Assembly (NCBI GenBank): GCA_016748015.1
Contig: JAAOMT010000304.1
Location: forward strand, 62,001 to 126,000
Origin: Geosiphon pyriformis uo1
Taxonomy: Eukaryota > Fungi > Glomeromycota
DNA: 64,000 nt
Reading direction: 5' to 3'
Shown: piece after piece, positions 37,250 through 52,146 of the stretch
How positions within the stretch are numbered: position 1 is the first letter of the stretch
Layout: each line of letters opens with the position of its first letter
Made by a program: the position numbers and the translations under genes
The notes under the pieces: model-generated
Databases searched by the model: none
Told to the model about the DNA's origin: nothing
What the model saw: the letters and a program-made list of their open reading frames with translations, nothing else

Positions 37250-40200
37250 TAAAAAAAATGCTGTATAAATTGCTAAGATTAATAAAAACAAAGAATTATA
37301 AAATACAAGAAATAGTAATAAGATACTGTTTTACATACTGCTAATAGGAACTAATGCTTATAATATTTAAAATTTTATTAAGTTAGTAGATAAAAAAACA
37401 TGTATTATTAATTATTATCTAGTTAAATACATTCAGGCCAGATGTACAGTTATTTGTTTTGATTTTGCTTAATCATTGAATGCTGTTATGAAAATTATGT
37501 TAGTATTAAAAGGTGCTAATCTATATTGATCTTGTTTAAGCTCTGCTAAGTATGTAAAGTATGGGTATTTGGATTATATATTATTGGACTGTATTATAGA
37601 AAATGGTTTTTTTGGTAGCTTATTTTATAAGTATTGTCAAAGGCAAATAAAAACAGACTGGCCATTATCTATGCTAAATGTTTGGCATTTGTCACTTATT
37701 CTGTTTTTTTTTAGTAATGTTTTTTGAACTAAAATTATTGATAAATCCATTTTTTTTCTGTTTTTTGTGCAAAATAGTTCAATAAATTTTGGCTATTTTT
37801 TGAAGATAAATTTTTTTTTGTTTATGTCAAAAAAATTGAACAATAAATTTACTATTCTTGAACACAGTTTTATTAGCCTCATAGAGCAGATTGGTAGACT
37901 AGTTAAAAGATTAGATGCATTTAAACTAATAGTTTTTTAGTCTAATCTTAAATGTCAGCTATTGGTAACTTTTTTATTACAGAATTATAAAGCAAATATA
38001 GTAATAAATAAGAGTTTGGGTATATTTACTAGTAGTAAGATTGTTGTAAAAGTGACATTTTGGGATTTGTTAGTGGTAGCTAGTTAAAAAACAGTATGAA
38101 AAGTTTTTTGAATAAAATTTTAGGCTTTTTGGCCAAAATAAACAATGTTAGTCTAAGTTTGGGATTTTATTTATTTTAATAACCAGTTTTTTTTAGAAAA
38201 TTGCTATGTGTAATATTAAGAAATAAACAATTTTACTAAACAAAAAAATGTTATTTATTGGTACAAAGATAAAAACAATTTTATATTTATTATCATAAAA
38301 ACAAAATTAAGAGATAAGATTTGTTTTTGAATAATAAATAAATTCAATAAAATTTAAGTATTTATCTCGAATGTCAACACCAATTATTTGAGTTTTGATG
38401 TTATTGTGATAATTAACAATAATATTATTAGACATATATAAAAGTTTTAAAAATAGCTGGTCAGTTTTTATTAATATAACTACTGTTTAAAAATTATCTT
38501 TTGGTTTCAATTTTAGATTTGTATACTGGTATTACTTTGAAAAAAAAACTAGCTCAGTTCAATAATGTTAATTTAATAGTAGTTAATATTATAAATAATA
38601 GTATATTTGTAGTCTTCAGAAGTAATTTTGGTTACAGTACAAGTTTTAGGAAAATTTTGAATTTGGATTTGTCTAACTTTTTTAGTGGTTTTTTATTACA
38701 CAAACCTTTTACATAGTTTAATTCTAAGAGAGTGAAAAAATGTATAGACTTTGTTTTAATTAATAATAATCTTTGAAGTTTGAGTTTTAATTAACAAATT
38801 TATTGTTTAGTTGAATTTTTTAATACTAATCACTTGGTTGTTTTAGTAGATATTAGTCTAAGAAGTTTTTTTAGTTCTCAACTCAATTTAATGTATAAAC
38901 AAACTGCCAAAAATAGGTAAAAATTCAAGATTAGTAACATCAATAAAGAAGTTTGAAAAAGATTTAAAAATATATTGTTGACTGTTGTTAACAACTTTAA
39001 TAAGTACAAGAAAAGACATAATATTAATAAGATATAGCAACTGCTTTATTGGGTAGTTTGTTCTACTGTTAATACTATTCTTTTAAAAACATGATACTGA
39101 AATGATAAAATAGTCAAATGTGCTGTATTTTCTAAGTTTTACAAACTAGAATTACTAATATTGAAAATTTTAAAGACATACAGATCAAAAAATTCAAGAT
39201 ACTTTGGATTTTGTCTGACAAGTGAATTTGTTTGAATTCTAATCAGACAACAGAATTCTGAAATTTTTTTAATAATGATGATGATAAGATAATAATTAAA
39301 TAACTGTTGACTTATTTTAAGAGAACTTATAGATTTAATAAGATGTCAAAAGCTAATGTTACTGAGAATACTTGTATTAGAACTGTTATTGTCAAATATA
39401 TGAAAGCTTTTGCAGATAATAAAGATAAAATAATAAGAAGTGTATTAAAAATTTTTTTTAAAAAGATTACATTAAATTATTTGGTTAACAATAATAAATT
39501 GACTTTGGAATCTAATATAATCAAGTGTAAAGTTAATTTAATAATAAAAAATTAAACTAAGAAACACATAATTAAATCTAATATTTTTTTTTATTAACAG
39601 AAACAATTCATATCTCTTGGTTATATTGTAAATAGTGCATTTTTTAATGTAATGTTTCATATTAATTTTGATAAATTTTTGTTAGTAGTTAGAAATTTTT
39701 TTGATGGCAAAGCTGCTAGACTGTTTAGTATTTCAATAAGTTATAAAAGCATTGTAACAAGTTTGTTCTAAAATGTTTTTTGTGTCTGTTTATTTATGTT
39801 TAATAGTTGAATTAGTTTTTAATGTCTGAAAAGAGATTTAAATGTCTATAATTTTAAAATCTTATAAATAAAATAGTGTTTTAATAAATACTAGGCCTAT
39901 TGCTTTTATTAAAACAGTGAGAAAAATTTTTTCAAAAATTCTGTTTAATCACATCTCTAAAACTTATAGCAAATACAATGTTTTGTATAAAAACAACTTT
40001 TTGGTTATAAAAAACATTTTGATTTAGTTTTTCAATTTTGCTAATGAGTTTGTAATTAAAAATACTTAAAAAAAAGATAAAAAAATTTGGTTAATGCTTT
40101 AAGATATGTACAAAGCATATAATTTAATAGGCTAATCATATTTGAAGAATAGTTTAATATAGATTAAAATATGTAATAAGTTTATTAGATTCTTTAGTTA

Positions 40201-42900
40201 TATTTATAATAGTCATATAAACAAAATTATAATGAACTTTGGTTTATTTAGAGATTACAAAATTCATGACAGATTAAATCAAAGTAAAGTTTTTTCATTT
40301 TTTTTTTGAAGAATCTTTTAGAATTTTTTTTTATGTAAGATAAAAAAGCAAAAGTCTATATTTAGATATTATATTAATTTTAAATTTATTATTAAGACTA
40401 ATAAGATTGAATTAAATGCAGGTTTGACTTTCTATCTGACTATTAGTACTTTTATAAATAATACAATTTAAATCAATAATTGTTGTATAATAACACAAAA
40501 TATTTTAAATATTATTAGTAAATTTTTTGATATTATGAATATTTTAATAAATACAGATAAGACAATAGTTTAATTAATCCAAAAGCCAATAATATTTTTT
40601 TAAACATAAGTAAATTACCTATTTTGATTGCTAAGAAAGATAAAGCTCATTAATACTTAGGTATTTTTTTGTTAACTAAGAATATTTCTGAATTAAGTTT
40701 AAAAAAAGCTAATTCAAATATAAAATTTTTTTTATTTATAGTCTTGTAAAAAACTATTTTAAACAAACAGTTTTTCTATTTGGTTTTAGCTATTTTGCAG
40801 TCTATTGTTGGATACAAAACCCAGTTTAGCTTTATTAATAAAAGTGTATATGAAAGATAAAATTGTTTAATTAGAAAAAAGTTAAAATCTAAAACCAGTT
40901 TACTTAAAAATTTCCTTAATAAAACTATAAATTACTCATTTTTGTACAATTTTAAGTCTTTAAATCAGGTGCAGACAGAAAAAAAGATAACATTAGTTAT
41001 GAATTTTGTTAACAATAATAATAATTTTGACCAGTTTTTTAAGCATAGATTGCTAAATTTGCAAATTTTGGATTGAATCTCTCAAAATTTTTTTTAGTTT
41101 TTTGTCAAGTTGAAAGTCAATTTAATAAAAAATTTTCTGGCTGGCATTACCAAAATATTTTTAAACAATGATTTGTCTTTGGCCAATAGCTTATTTAGTG
41201 CTTTTTATCTCAAAAATATCATTTTTGTTATAAATATTTTAGATCAGATAAAATATTTTTGGGTTTATAAATCTTTAAAGTATTTTGGCATTTTTTTTTG
41301 CAGACCAGTTTTTAAATAGTTATAAAAAATGCTTTGCTTAAAAAGATTTTTGTTAATAAAAATATTTGGATCTCAAGAGTTCAATTTCTTTTTGGTTTAT
41401 ATAAGTTTTAGAATTTATTAGAGATAATAATCTGGTTTATAGTTTTTTTCTACTTCTGAGAATTTTTTTAAGAATAATTGTAACTAATATATATAGCTTT
41501 GGAGTTATTTGTTCCTGTTTGAAAAATATAGCTTTGTTTAAAATCTTTATTTACACTAATAGTTTTGTAAAAAACTTTGGTTTTTTCTAATATTATTAGT
41601 AATATAGCTGTTTACTTTTCTGATTTAGGTCTGTCTATAGGAATAAAAATTCATAGATTGTTATCTTTGACTCTGATTGAAATGCAAGCTATTGTTCTGG
41701 CTTTTGAATATGTTTTGGCTTTTTCCAAAATTATAATCTTTTCTAACAGTTAGGTTTTTTTAAATACATATTAAGCTAAATTAAAATTGATAACTCTTAA
41801 TTTTTACAATAAGTGCTGAATTAAATGTTACCAAGTCAGCAACTTAGTTAAAAATAAAAGTATTTTGGTAATATAAGTTAAAGTAAAGAGTCATTCTAAT
41901 GTGTTAGACAATAAGCATATTAATAGATTAAAAAATTGGGCTATATTTTTGAAACTTGTTCTTCCAGTTAATATTAAAGAAAAAGTTTTGGTAACTGATA
42001 ATAAAGTGGTATCTGACAATACTCATTACTTTATAAGAGCTGTAAATAATGCTATAAAGTAATTTTAATAGAAGACTAGATTGTGTCTTAATATTATAAA
42101 TCTATTCTTTGTTGATAACTTTAATTAGAAATATATAATCTTAGTTTGGCATTCTAATTCTTATATAATTGTCAGATACATGAATAAAGCCACTTTTGGT
42201 TTATATACATACTTATTCAAGACTTTGCATAAAAAGTTGTTAGTAGTAGTTAGAAAATACTTGTACAATTATAACTATTTAAGTGTATTATATATATATA
42301 ATAATGAAATAAAGTTTTTAGATTATAGTTTTACTTACAGTTTAGATTTTTTTATTTATTAAAATTTGTTAAATAAATATTGCTCTTTGTAAAAGTTTTT
42401 AATTAATGCAAATTTGGTTTTATCTATAATTTTTTAATTATTAGTTGAGTATGCTTTAGATATTAACAAATACATAATTTTGTGCAAAAAGTTCATTTTA
42501 AAAGATTGGTTGTTAGAAACTAAAACTTATTTTAAAAATGCTAAATTACCATATTTAGATTGGTTGAGTTTGTTTGAAGCTTGGTTATTAACTATAAAAA
42601 TAAAAATAAAATTTTAATTTAAAGCTTTGAGTTAATATAAATTATAAAAAGTTGTTAATTAAAGATGGCTCTGTATTTAATATTGTTTATGGTTTTTTTG
42701 CTGAAATTTTAAGTAGAATTATTTGTTTATTAGGTATTGAAAAAAATTTAGCTATTAATTTTGGTTTGAAAATTAGTTATTTATTTTTTATTAATACAGT
42801 TAAAAAAGTTTTAGTTAACATAATTACATAGTATTGTTTTAATTAGCTGAATAACTAGTTATATATAATAAACAATTAAATTATATTTAATTAAAATTTT
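37250..42900 (+). mobile_element. Decayed LINE: partial ORF1 and ORF2 (APE-RT-RNase H-zinc finger)
   Basis: ORF1-like KTCII...ARCTVICFD; endonuclease start KIAMCNI at ~38200; RT NTRPIAFIKTVRKIFSKIL and DMYKAYN; RNase H at ~41540; colinear with 43.7-46.3 kb. Confidence 0.8.
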
Positions 42901-43150
42901 AAATAGTTGTATTATATTAGATAATAATTAAATTTTACATATAATATTAATAAAATAAAAATAAAAATAGTATTATATAATAATAAAAATAATAAAAAAT
43001 AATTTTATTTTAATATGTAAATTAAATTAATAAAAATTTTATATGTAATATTAGTTTTATAAATATTTTAATTGTTATTTTTTTTAAAAAGTAACAAAAA
43101 TTTTAAAGTAAAAAAATAGTTTATATTATTAATAAAAATAATATTTTAAT

Positions 43151-43170
43151 NNNNNNNNNNNNNNNNNNNN
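43151..43170. other. Assembly gap flanked by a 391-bp exact duplication
   Basis: 20 N; 42760-43150 equals 43171-43561. Confidence 0.95.
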
Positions 43171-43649
43171 TTTGGTTTGAAAATTAGTTATTTATTTTTT
43201 ATTAATACAGTTAAAAAAGTTTTAGTTAACATAATTACATAGTATTGTTTTAATTAGCTGAATAACTAGTTATATATAATAAACAATTAAATTATATTTA
43301 ATTAAAATTTTAAATAGTTGTATTATATTAGATAATAATTAAATTTTACATATAATATTAATAAAATAAAAATAAAAATAGTATTATATAATAATAAAAA
43401 TAATAAAAAATAATTTTATTTTAATATGTAAATTAAATTAATAAAAATTTTATATGTAATATTAGTTTTATAAATATTTTAATTGTTATTTTTTTTAAAA
43501 AGTAACAAAAATTTTAAAGTAAAAAAATAGTTTATATTATTAATAAAAATAATATTTTAATATAATTTTATATCTTATATTAGTGTTTTTAAAATTTAAA
43601 ATTAAATATTAATTGTATTTTTTAATAAATATTTATTAATATATATATA

Positions 43650-46345
43650 TTTTTTTTATTAGAAGTTTTATGAGTACAGTCCAAACACTACCTAAATATA
43701 TAGAATCAAAACAAAATCTAAATTAAGCATGGCTCATGCTTTTTTTATACGTGATCAGCCATTCAGGCCAATCAAAACAGCACTATACACCTAGATTACT
43801 TACCACAGAAATATTACTCAAAAAACCAAAATCCAATTTGGCCAGACATGAATGCAACCCAAAGCACACATAAATACCTAGCCTGAAGCCAAAATCCTGA
43901 ATTATTTCAGCAAACCACAAGAAAGACAAACCAAACACTAAAAAAAAAAAGAACTGTCATGTGGCAGGAGGTTATGCTTTTCATAATAGAACTTTAACTT
44001 AGTCACAGACAGCCAAATGGCAGATCTGTAACTCTTAGCAAAACAATGAACAAAATTAACAACCAATACACCACTACCAGAATCAGCACTTAAACAGTCT
44101 ATCATGTCAACTATCCAACTTTTCAACACAAAACTCTTAGCTAACACCATGAACAAGTTAATAAAAAAAGCAGTTTCATTCAGCAAACTAGTAACTGCAT
44201 TCCCATTGGCAAAAGTGCCCAGCAATATACCCCATTCCAGAATAGCATCAAACAATAAGGTTTCCCAAACATTGATATTATGAGTACAAGAAAACATGTG
44301 ATTAAAGTTCTTTACCAAACCACACTGAATACAAGCAATACTTGAATATCTCAGATTATACATCTTTTTTTTTTGGCCACTAGCAAGCAATGGTAGAGTA
44401 TTTTCATGAAGTATGACCAAAGCATCACCAATGTAGTACAAATGTAGGCAAATCTGATCTTGTTATCAGGATGCCAAACACAAAAAGTTTTGGCCTTATT
44501 AAAATAACCACAGAGATCTGCACTAATAACATTACCAACACATCTGGTCTCCCAACCAACAGAATAAACAGCATTGAATAATATTTTGGCAATATAATGA
44601 GCATTCCTAGAGATAAGTCTGCCTTCAACATTGAAAAAACGATAAAACACTACAAAAGGCAAGAAGGATCTAAAGGTAACAGTAGCATTAGCATAGAAAT
44701 TGGCATATTTGTTTCCAACAACACCAGAATAATCCTTAACCTTATTCCAAGTAATTGACAAACCCTTTTTGGAAATAACTTGGTGAATATGTTTTTTTTC
44801 GATCCAGCATTTGTTATGAAAGTCAGGACCAGACACATCATTAATGGAGTTGCACATGTCTAGTAAAGCTTGATTGTTTGTAAACAAGTCAACAGATTGA
44901 GAAGTGGACATATACTCTAAAGCAAAAGCAATAGCCTGCAGCTTAATCAGAGTTGATAATAGCAATCCATCCACTTTAATCTTGATGCTAGTGTTCATAT
45001 CTGAAAAGTAGGTGGCGGCATTACCACAAGCACCCAACAAACCCAAATTTTTGATAGAATCATCTGTGTAGACAATTATAAAACCCAACCCAGAATTCAA
45101 CAAACACTCATCAATATAACCAAAGTTACAAGAAGAAACAGCGAGAATAGAATGAGAAGACAATAGCACACCATTTAACAAACCACTCTCATTGATAAAT
45201 TTGACTATGGAAACAAACCAAACAAGAACTGGGCCTCTAGGATACAGCTTTTTTCATTTGCAAAAAGTGTTCTATGTAAAACATGTGCTGCAGCAGTCTA
45301 AAAACTGGTCTGTAAACACAACACCATATTTTTTAAGAGACTTCATCATGTTCAAATAAGACTCAAAACTGAACACATCTAAGACTGCAATACTATTCCT
45401 GGCCCAAAAAACATCAGACAAATCACCACTTAAAGATAAATTGCACAATTTAAGAACATGTATTGTGCCAGCCAAAAAACAATTTGTAAAATCAATTAGC
45501 AATTTAATTAGAACTCAAAGAGGATGCTGGAGCATCCAGCTAGTGGCCTGCAACTCTATGGTTCTGTGTTCAAATAACTCACTAAGGATTCTATCAGCAT
45601 TAGCAAAACTAACCAAGCCAGCCAATAAATTCTCAGCCAGTACTTGTTTAAAAGTTTTTAAACCATATAGCTCTGAATAATGCAAAGCCTTATTTGAAAA
45701 ATCCTTGGGCAGATTGGTCTTGAGCTTCAATTTCTTTCTTAATATTTTGTCCCACTTCTTACATACACCCTTTAAAACACAACTAAACTGCAATCTATAA
45801 CCAATTATGGGCTACAAAACAGCAAAAACCAAATACAAAAACTGTTTTTCAGTAATAGCCTTCCTCAAAACCATATTCAAAAAGAATCTGATATCAGAAT
45901 AAGCTTTGGCCAAACTCGGCTTTAACAGGCCATTCATAGAAAAAAAAATCTCTAAGTACTGATAAGACTTACACCTTTTGGCTATAGAGATATTAGAGCC
46001 ACTAATAGACAGTGGAATTTTTCTGGCTTCTTGATTAATAAAAATGGTAACTATTTTGTCCATATTAATAGAAATGTTATTGACCAAAAAAAATTCACTT
46101 ACAATGTTTAAAATACATTGTGTGGCTGCTAAGCAATTTTTAATTCAAATAGTATCATCCATAAATGCACCAGCTGCAAAAAAAAAAGTTCTGTCACCCT
46201 TAAAGTCAACTTTACTGGTCCTTGTGAAAAATTTTAAACTTAATTTGTAACCATACAATTGCTTATTTCTTTTAACTTTACAAAGCAAAAAATTATAAAA
46301 GATTCTCCACAGCAATAGCAAAAAGACTTCTTTTTGATTATATTT
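43650..46345 (-). mobile_element. 5'-truncated LINE, best-preserved copy (RT 3' half, RNase H, CCHC finger, 3' UTR)
   Basis: RT AGAFMDDTI and YQYLEIF; RNase H IVYTDDS...LQAIAFAL...WNKVKDYSGVVGN; CIQCG...HMFSC. Homology stops at QKEVF (ancestral QGEVF). Confidence 0.9.
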
Positions 46346-48796
46346 TACAAAAACTAATAAATATGCCAATTAAAAAATAAATAAAAGAACTAATATTATT
46401 GTATTAATTTTTGCTTTAAATAAATTGCTTTAAGTATTAATAAATTTATATAACTATAAAAAATTTTGTTTATGTATTCTTAAAAAAGAATCAATAATTA
46501 AATTAATAATTATATTAACAACTATTTTTAAAAATAAAATAATTAATTTATAATATTAATATTTAAAATATATAATTAACAATGATTAAATAAATTAAAA
46601 AAATTAAAAATAAATAATTTTCAATAAAATTTGTATTATATTTTTTAATATATAATAATAAGATATTTTTTTAAGTAAAATAATTTTTTTAACTTAACTA
46701 CTAATATTTATAATCAAAATTTTGTTTTTTGTTTTTAAAATATTAATAAAAGTTTTTTTGATTATAATATTCTATTTTTAATTTGTTTTTATATTTATTA
46801 ACACAAAATTATGTTATTTAAATAATTAATATATTAACAAAATTTTTTGTAAATCTTTTTATTTTTAAAAAAATATTATATTCTTTTATTAACATAAAAA
46901 TTAAAAATTAATTTTATTAAATAATTATTTTTTATTAATTTTAAATAGTTTTAATAATATTTATATAAATATTAAATAATTTGTTTTTTGTAAATTTTAA
47001 TTTTGTTATTTTTGCTTATTGTTATAAATAATGCTTTATTTTTTGTAAATTATATTTTATAAAAAACACTAAATATTACAAATAAATATATTGTATTATG
47101 TTTTATAATTTAGTATTATAAATATGTTGTGTTATTTAAAAATTTATCAAAATTTAAAGGTTTTTACAATTAAGTTTTTATATAAAAAATAAAAATTCAA
47201 ATATTAATTACTTTTAATATTTAATATTTTACTTTTTTGGCTTAATAACTAATTTATTTTGGTGTTTTTTATTTTTTTAATAAGTTATTTAATTTTTTAA
47301 AAGTTAATTTTATATTTTTTATTAGATTCTTTTTAATATTGTAATTTTAACACTTAATTTTTAATCAATTAATTTAATAATAATCATAAAAACTTTGTAT
47401 TTTGTTAATAGTTATAATTAAAAATTATTGTTTTAATATATTAATAATTGCTTTTAATATTTATTATTTTTAACAAAATAATATAAATAGAATAAATAAT
47501 TTTAACAATAATAATTATTAATTATAAAGTTTTTTTGGTTTTAATTAATAAGTTTATTAAATAATATATTAAATTAAAAATAATTTAAGTAAATAAAATT
47601 AAAATTAAACTAATTGTTTTTTTATTAGATTATAAAATTTTTTTTTAATAATAATAATATTATGTATATATAAATCTTATAATATAAAATAATTTGATAT
47701 TTTTAATTATTTTTACATTTTTTTAGTTATTGCTAATATTGTTAATATTTTTAAAATTTTTAACATATTTTTTGGTATTTTTAAAATTTCTAATATTATA
47801 CTATTTTATTAATTTATATATATTATTATTTTTTTTATTTTTTTTATGAATAATAACAATTAATTTTTAATATATTAAAATATGTTTTTTAACAAAACAG
47901 TATATTATAATCTTAATAATAATAAGTTTTTTTATTAATGTATTATTTTTAAAATATTATTTTTTTATTATTTATTGTCTTTAATTAAGTTATTAAAAAT
48001 ATATTTTGTTTAAATTTAAAATATTTATATAATTCAACAAATTTTTTTTTCAAAATTTTTTTTAAATAACAATAAATGCAATTTATTTTTAAAAAATACA
48101 TTGCTTTTTTATATTTAATTAAACTATTCTAATTATAATTTTCCATATATAGACAATTCTATACATAATTTTATTATTTTGTAATTTTTTAATGCTGTAT
48201 TAATATAACAAAAAAACAATTACATGTTTTTTTATAATATATATGTAGTTTTATTATTATGTTAATATTTATTAAATTCTTTATTTTTATTAAAACTGAT
48301 ACACAATATTTTATCATTGTTAATTCAGTTATTAAAAGAAATTTTTGGCATTGTGTTCATTGATTAACTAGCTTGAAACATACAGTATATTTTTAAAGGT
48401 TTTTCAATACCTCTATCTTTTTTCTCAAGTACTTTGTTTTTATCACGTAAAACATAATGTTATAAATTAAGACTGAGGCTTTCGACTAAAAAAAAATTTG
48501 CATTTATTTTATCACAGAAGAGGTTTCTATGCATGTTATTTTATGCAATTTAATAGCTACCTTTTTATAAGTTTAATTTGATAAGAATCTTATTCGTCCA
48601 TCCATTATAACTGTATAATGTGTCCTTTTTTTGAAAAGAATTCTATTTGGAGTGTAGCAAAGTTTCTAATTGCTATTATTGGGCTTTTTCACATTTATTA
48701 AAATTTCTCCTTGCTCATCACTAACTTGTAATCTGCTATTGTGAATTATAATGTTTGTTACTGTGTGAAATAATAGCTTTAAGCACAGAAAGAAAT

Positions 48797-51700
48797 TATC
48801 TCCTCTTAGCCTTAACCACCCCATAAACACAAAGTAACATGTAATACAAAAAATTCGTTTCTTTTTTATTGCAGAATTATATTGGATCAGCTTGTACACT
48901 AAGAATATTTTCAAGTATATCTCAATGTTTGAATCTAAAGGGACCCAGACCATAGACAATGAGCTAATTAGCACTTTTAGGATGCTCATTAGATGATTGT
49001 GTATTTAGTCAGGTATATTCATATGATGTAAGTTTAGGAGTGCCTTTATCTACTGGGCCTTTAAAAAATAGATAAGATTTAGTAAAAAACTCTATGCTTC
49101 CCACAAAAATTACTATTATATAAAATTTATAACTGAAAGTTTCTCACCAATCTGTACATAAATGCCCAGATAACCATCCTTAATATGGTTAGCACAGCTT
49201 TCGAGAAAGGTAATAGTAGGCTCAAACAGACATCCTACTGCAAACCTTTTTTCTTTTTTGCTCTGCTTAACTGCATGGTTCTTGACTTATGCATTGCATA
49301 TTAGTTTTTTTTTTGTCTAAGACAAAAATGTCCTGCAGAAATTGTAATCACACTAACCTGTACCACCAATGCTCCTAAGAGTGCCTTTGTCTTATGTCTA
49401 ATAATTAAGCCGAAATCTGAACTTTGTTAATTATGCTTAAAATGCATAGCACTACGTCAAACCCAAATGCTCTTGAACATTGATATATCTGGTCTTTTTG
49501 TAAGTCCAATAAAATGGGTAAATCCTACTTTGAAGTCTTTCAAGTAAGAAAATTTGTTTGGAAGCTCCTGTTCGAAAAGTTCTTAAAAGAAGTTGAGAAC
49601 TGGACATCTGACTGAGAACGAAACCTAGCAAGGTAAATGAACAAAAATAAGTTGATACAAATAATGACCAGAATAAAAATGTTTTATATAAACCTTTTTA
49701 TTATCATTTTTCTCTAAGCAAATTAATCGACACCATGTACTTAAGAATAACAACTTCACAACCAGCTCCCCCTGGATCTCTGCATCAAGAATTCTACTGA
49801 ATTTGTTGACAGCATCCAGTTTTTTTAGCACCACTAAACCATTTTCTGATAGCATTTCCAATGCAGCTTCCAATACAGGTTTGAATGGGTAAGTTATCAA
49901 ATGATTTTTGCAATCATCATCAATGGCTATCAACATTGTCATATGAGACTTGATGAGATCAGGTGCCACACTTGAGACTGGAGAGATATATAAAGTGGCA
50001 ATGTAAGCAATTACAGCAAGTGCTGCTTTTCTTTTCATCTTAGCATTCTGTTTCCAATTGTTTATTCCTCCAAGAAGCTTAAATTTGACAAGTTGTATAA
50101 TATTCCTAAATTTGTCCATGTCTAACTCCCAAGTTTCAGCTGATTGCCACCAAGAACCCCATAATGGTCTGTCAAACCAAACGATATTATGACCCGAACT
50201 GTTCTCATTGTCTGGAATATTCTCACTACAAAACCCCATTGAGTGTGTAGTTATAAACATAGATAATAAAAAGAAAACAAAAAAGCTAACCTTAGACAAT
50301 CCATTATGGCCAAGTAGATGAATGGTTTATAAACTTTATGTCTATGCATTCTCGCCTAAAAAACATTATCATTGATATCAATTTTCACTTATAGACTTAT
50401 TATATTATTTGTAATTTATTAATTAAAGAACACAACTAAGGTTTCAGAAAAGTAAATTAAAAGCTAATTTTTAATACATACTGAATTATCATTATCAAAC
50501 TGAGATGCCAAGTTGGCAACTGAGGAATTTATATCTGTCAAGATACTGGTAACATAAGCTTGATACTTGAGTAGGGCCTGCTGAATTGCTCTAAATGCCT
50601 GATTTTTTTTAGTACTATCCACTTGATCCGTCTTTTTAGCTACAAGATAAATCAAAAGCATGAATATTGATTCTGATAAGAACTGCATTTGCTCAGAAAT
50701 TAGAAATAAATCTATAGAGAGTAGAACAGAGGCTTCGTCGATAAAAAGAATTATCTTTCCCTTATTTTTTGGCATATTTTTCTTCCCACAATCAAAGTTG
50801 ACAGTGTTCCAGAATTTACTGGCTTGTTCTTAAAAAAATGTCAGAGCACATTTGTATTAATACCTGGTAAGTAAAACAATTACATTATCTGGTTTTTTAG
50901 CAATGCTTGTTGATATTTTTCTTGCAGTCAATTCTTGAGAAATTCTTCTTTTTTTATATGAAACATCAAGATAATCAATTGAATTCAGCCTAATGCCTTG
51001 ATTTCAGCTTTATCTATGTTCTTTGCTGTATTTAAGTTTTTTAGCATATCCATACTCTTCATGGTGGCCGGAGGGTATCCAGTTGAGCCATTTTCGTAAA
51101 AGCAGACATATACAAAGAGAAATTCAGCTACAAGTTCACAGTCTGCTCTTGTCTTTCCATACCCTAATAACTGGATGATAGTCAAGTAATTGTAGTAGTT
51201 CTCAGTGCCTGCAACTTGACTTATCCATTTGCATAGTGCACCTAGATAGCCATCAGGATCTCGGAACATGACAGTAAAGGCCTTCTCAAATATGCGCTTT
51301 TGACTTGATAATGTTTGTTGTGCTGGGCCACTGTGAACTAGGTATGAGCATAGATAATAGATAATGAGATAGAAACAAGCAATAACATTCTAACTATTCT
51401 CCCTCTGTTGCTCCTATTCTATTTAACCTAAATGCATAAATAATATATCCCTTGTTTCCTCTAGTTCATCTTTACAATAAGTTTATGTATAACCGATAAT
51501 GCTCTATTCTATACTCCTCTTAATGTACATGTTATAATACATTCCAACTATTCTTACAATATGATCATATTTACTAATTTTGATTATGAATCAACAGATG
51601 GTTGCAATATTTACTCACTAATTACCTTGCTTTTCAACTTTAAGTTTTTCAACCAAAGTAGCAATTCTCATTGCTGGTCCTCTTTTTATGCCATCTTGCA

Positions 51701-52146
51701 TAAGATTTTCTTTAGTTAACAATAGAAAGATTTGACCAGATATCCTGTTAGTTTTAATTATATTAAGATCTTCTTTTCTAAGGAATAACTCTTCACTCTT
51801 TTTCTCAAGAAACTCATTAACTTGTTGTGGAGCCCACTTCTTGATTTCTTCAACTTTCTCTTTGCCCACATTGTATTGGGCAGATTTACCATCAATGCCA
51901 AAGTCCTTGAACTCTATTTTTTTCGTAGATAACAATGAGTGATTCTCCAAAAAATAATACTCATACCAAATCTATCTTACTTTGAGTTAGTTCTGTTCTC
52001 AGGACATCTATGCTTGAGTTAGACACATCAGATGTAGTAATGTTGGGAATTATAGAGTCCTCTGTTTTCTTTTTTCTAATTTCTATAGTCGAATCAGCTG
52101 AAGAAGTACTAGCTTCACTTTTAGTGGGTTTCTTTTTGTTGCTCAT
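48797..52146 (-). pseudogene. Crinkler/CR-type effector-like pseudogene: SAM domain, P-loop NTPase, PD-(D/E)xK-like nuclease
   Basis: SAM: IKKW...VNEFL...ISGQIFLLLTKENL..GIKRGPAMRI, with donor G|GTAATT. Walker A IIQ..GYGKTR, Walker B ILFIDEA. Also RPLWGS, KLLGG, QGELVVKLL, FTHFI, and DFGLII...VQ|VKN across a probable intron. Many stops and frameshifts. Confidence 0.75.

Noticed and set aside
42760-43561. 391-bp tandem duplication
   Set aside because: Exact copies either side of a 20-N gap in otherwise decayed DNA; typical unmerged contig overlap.
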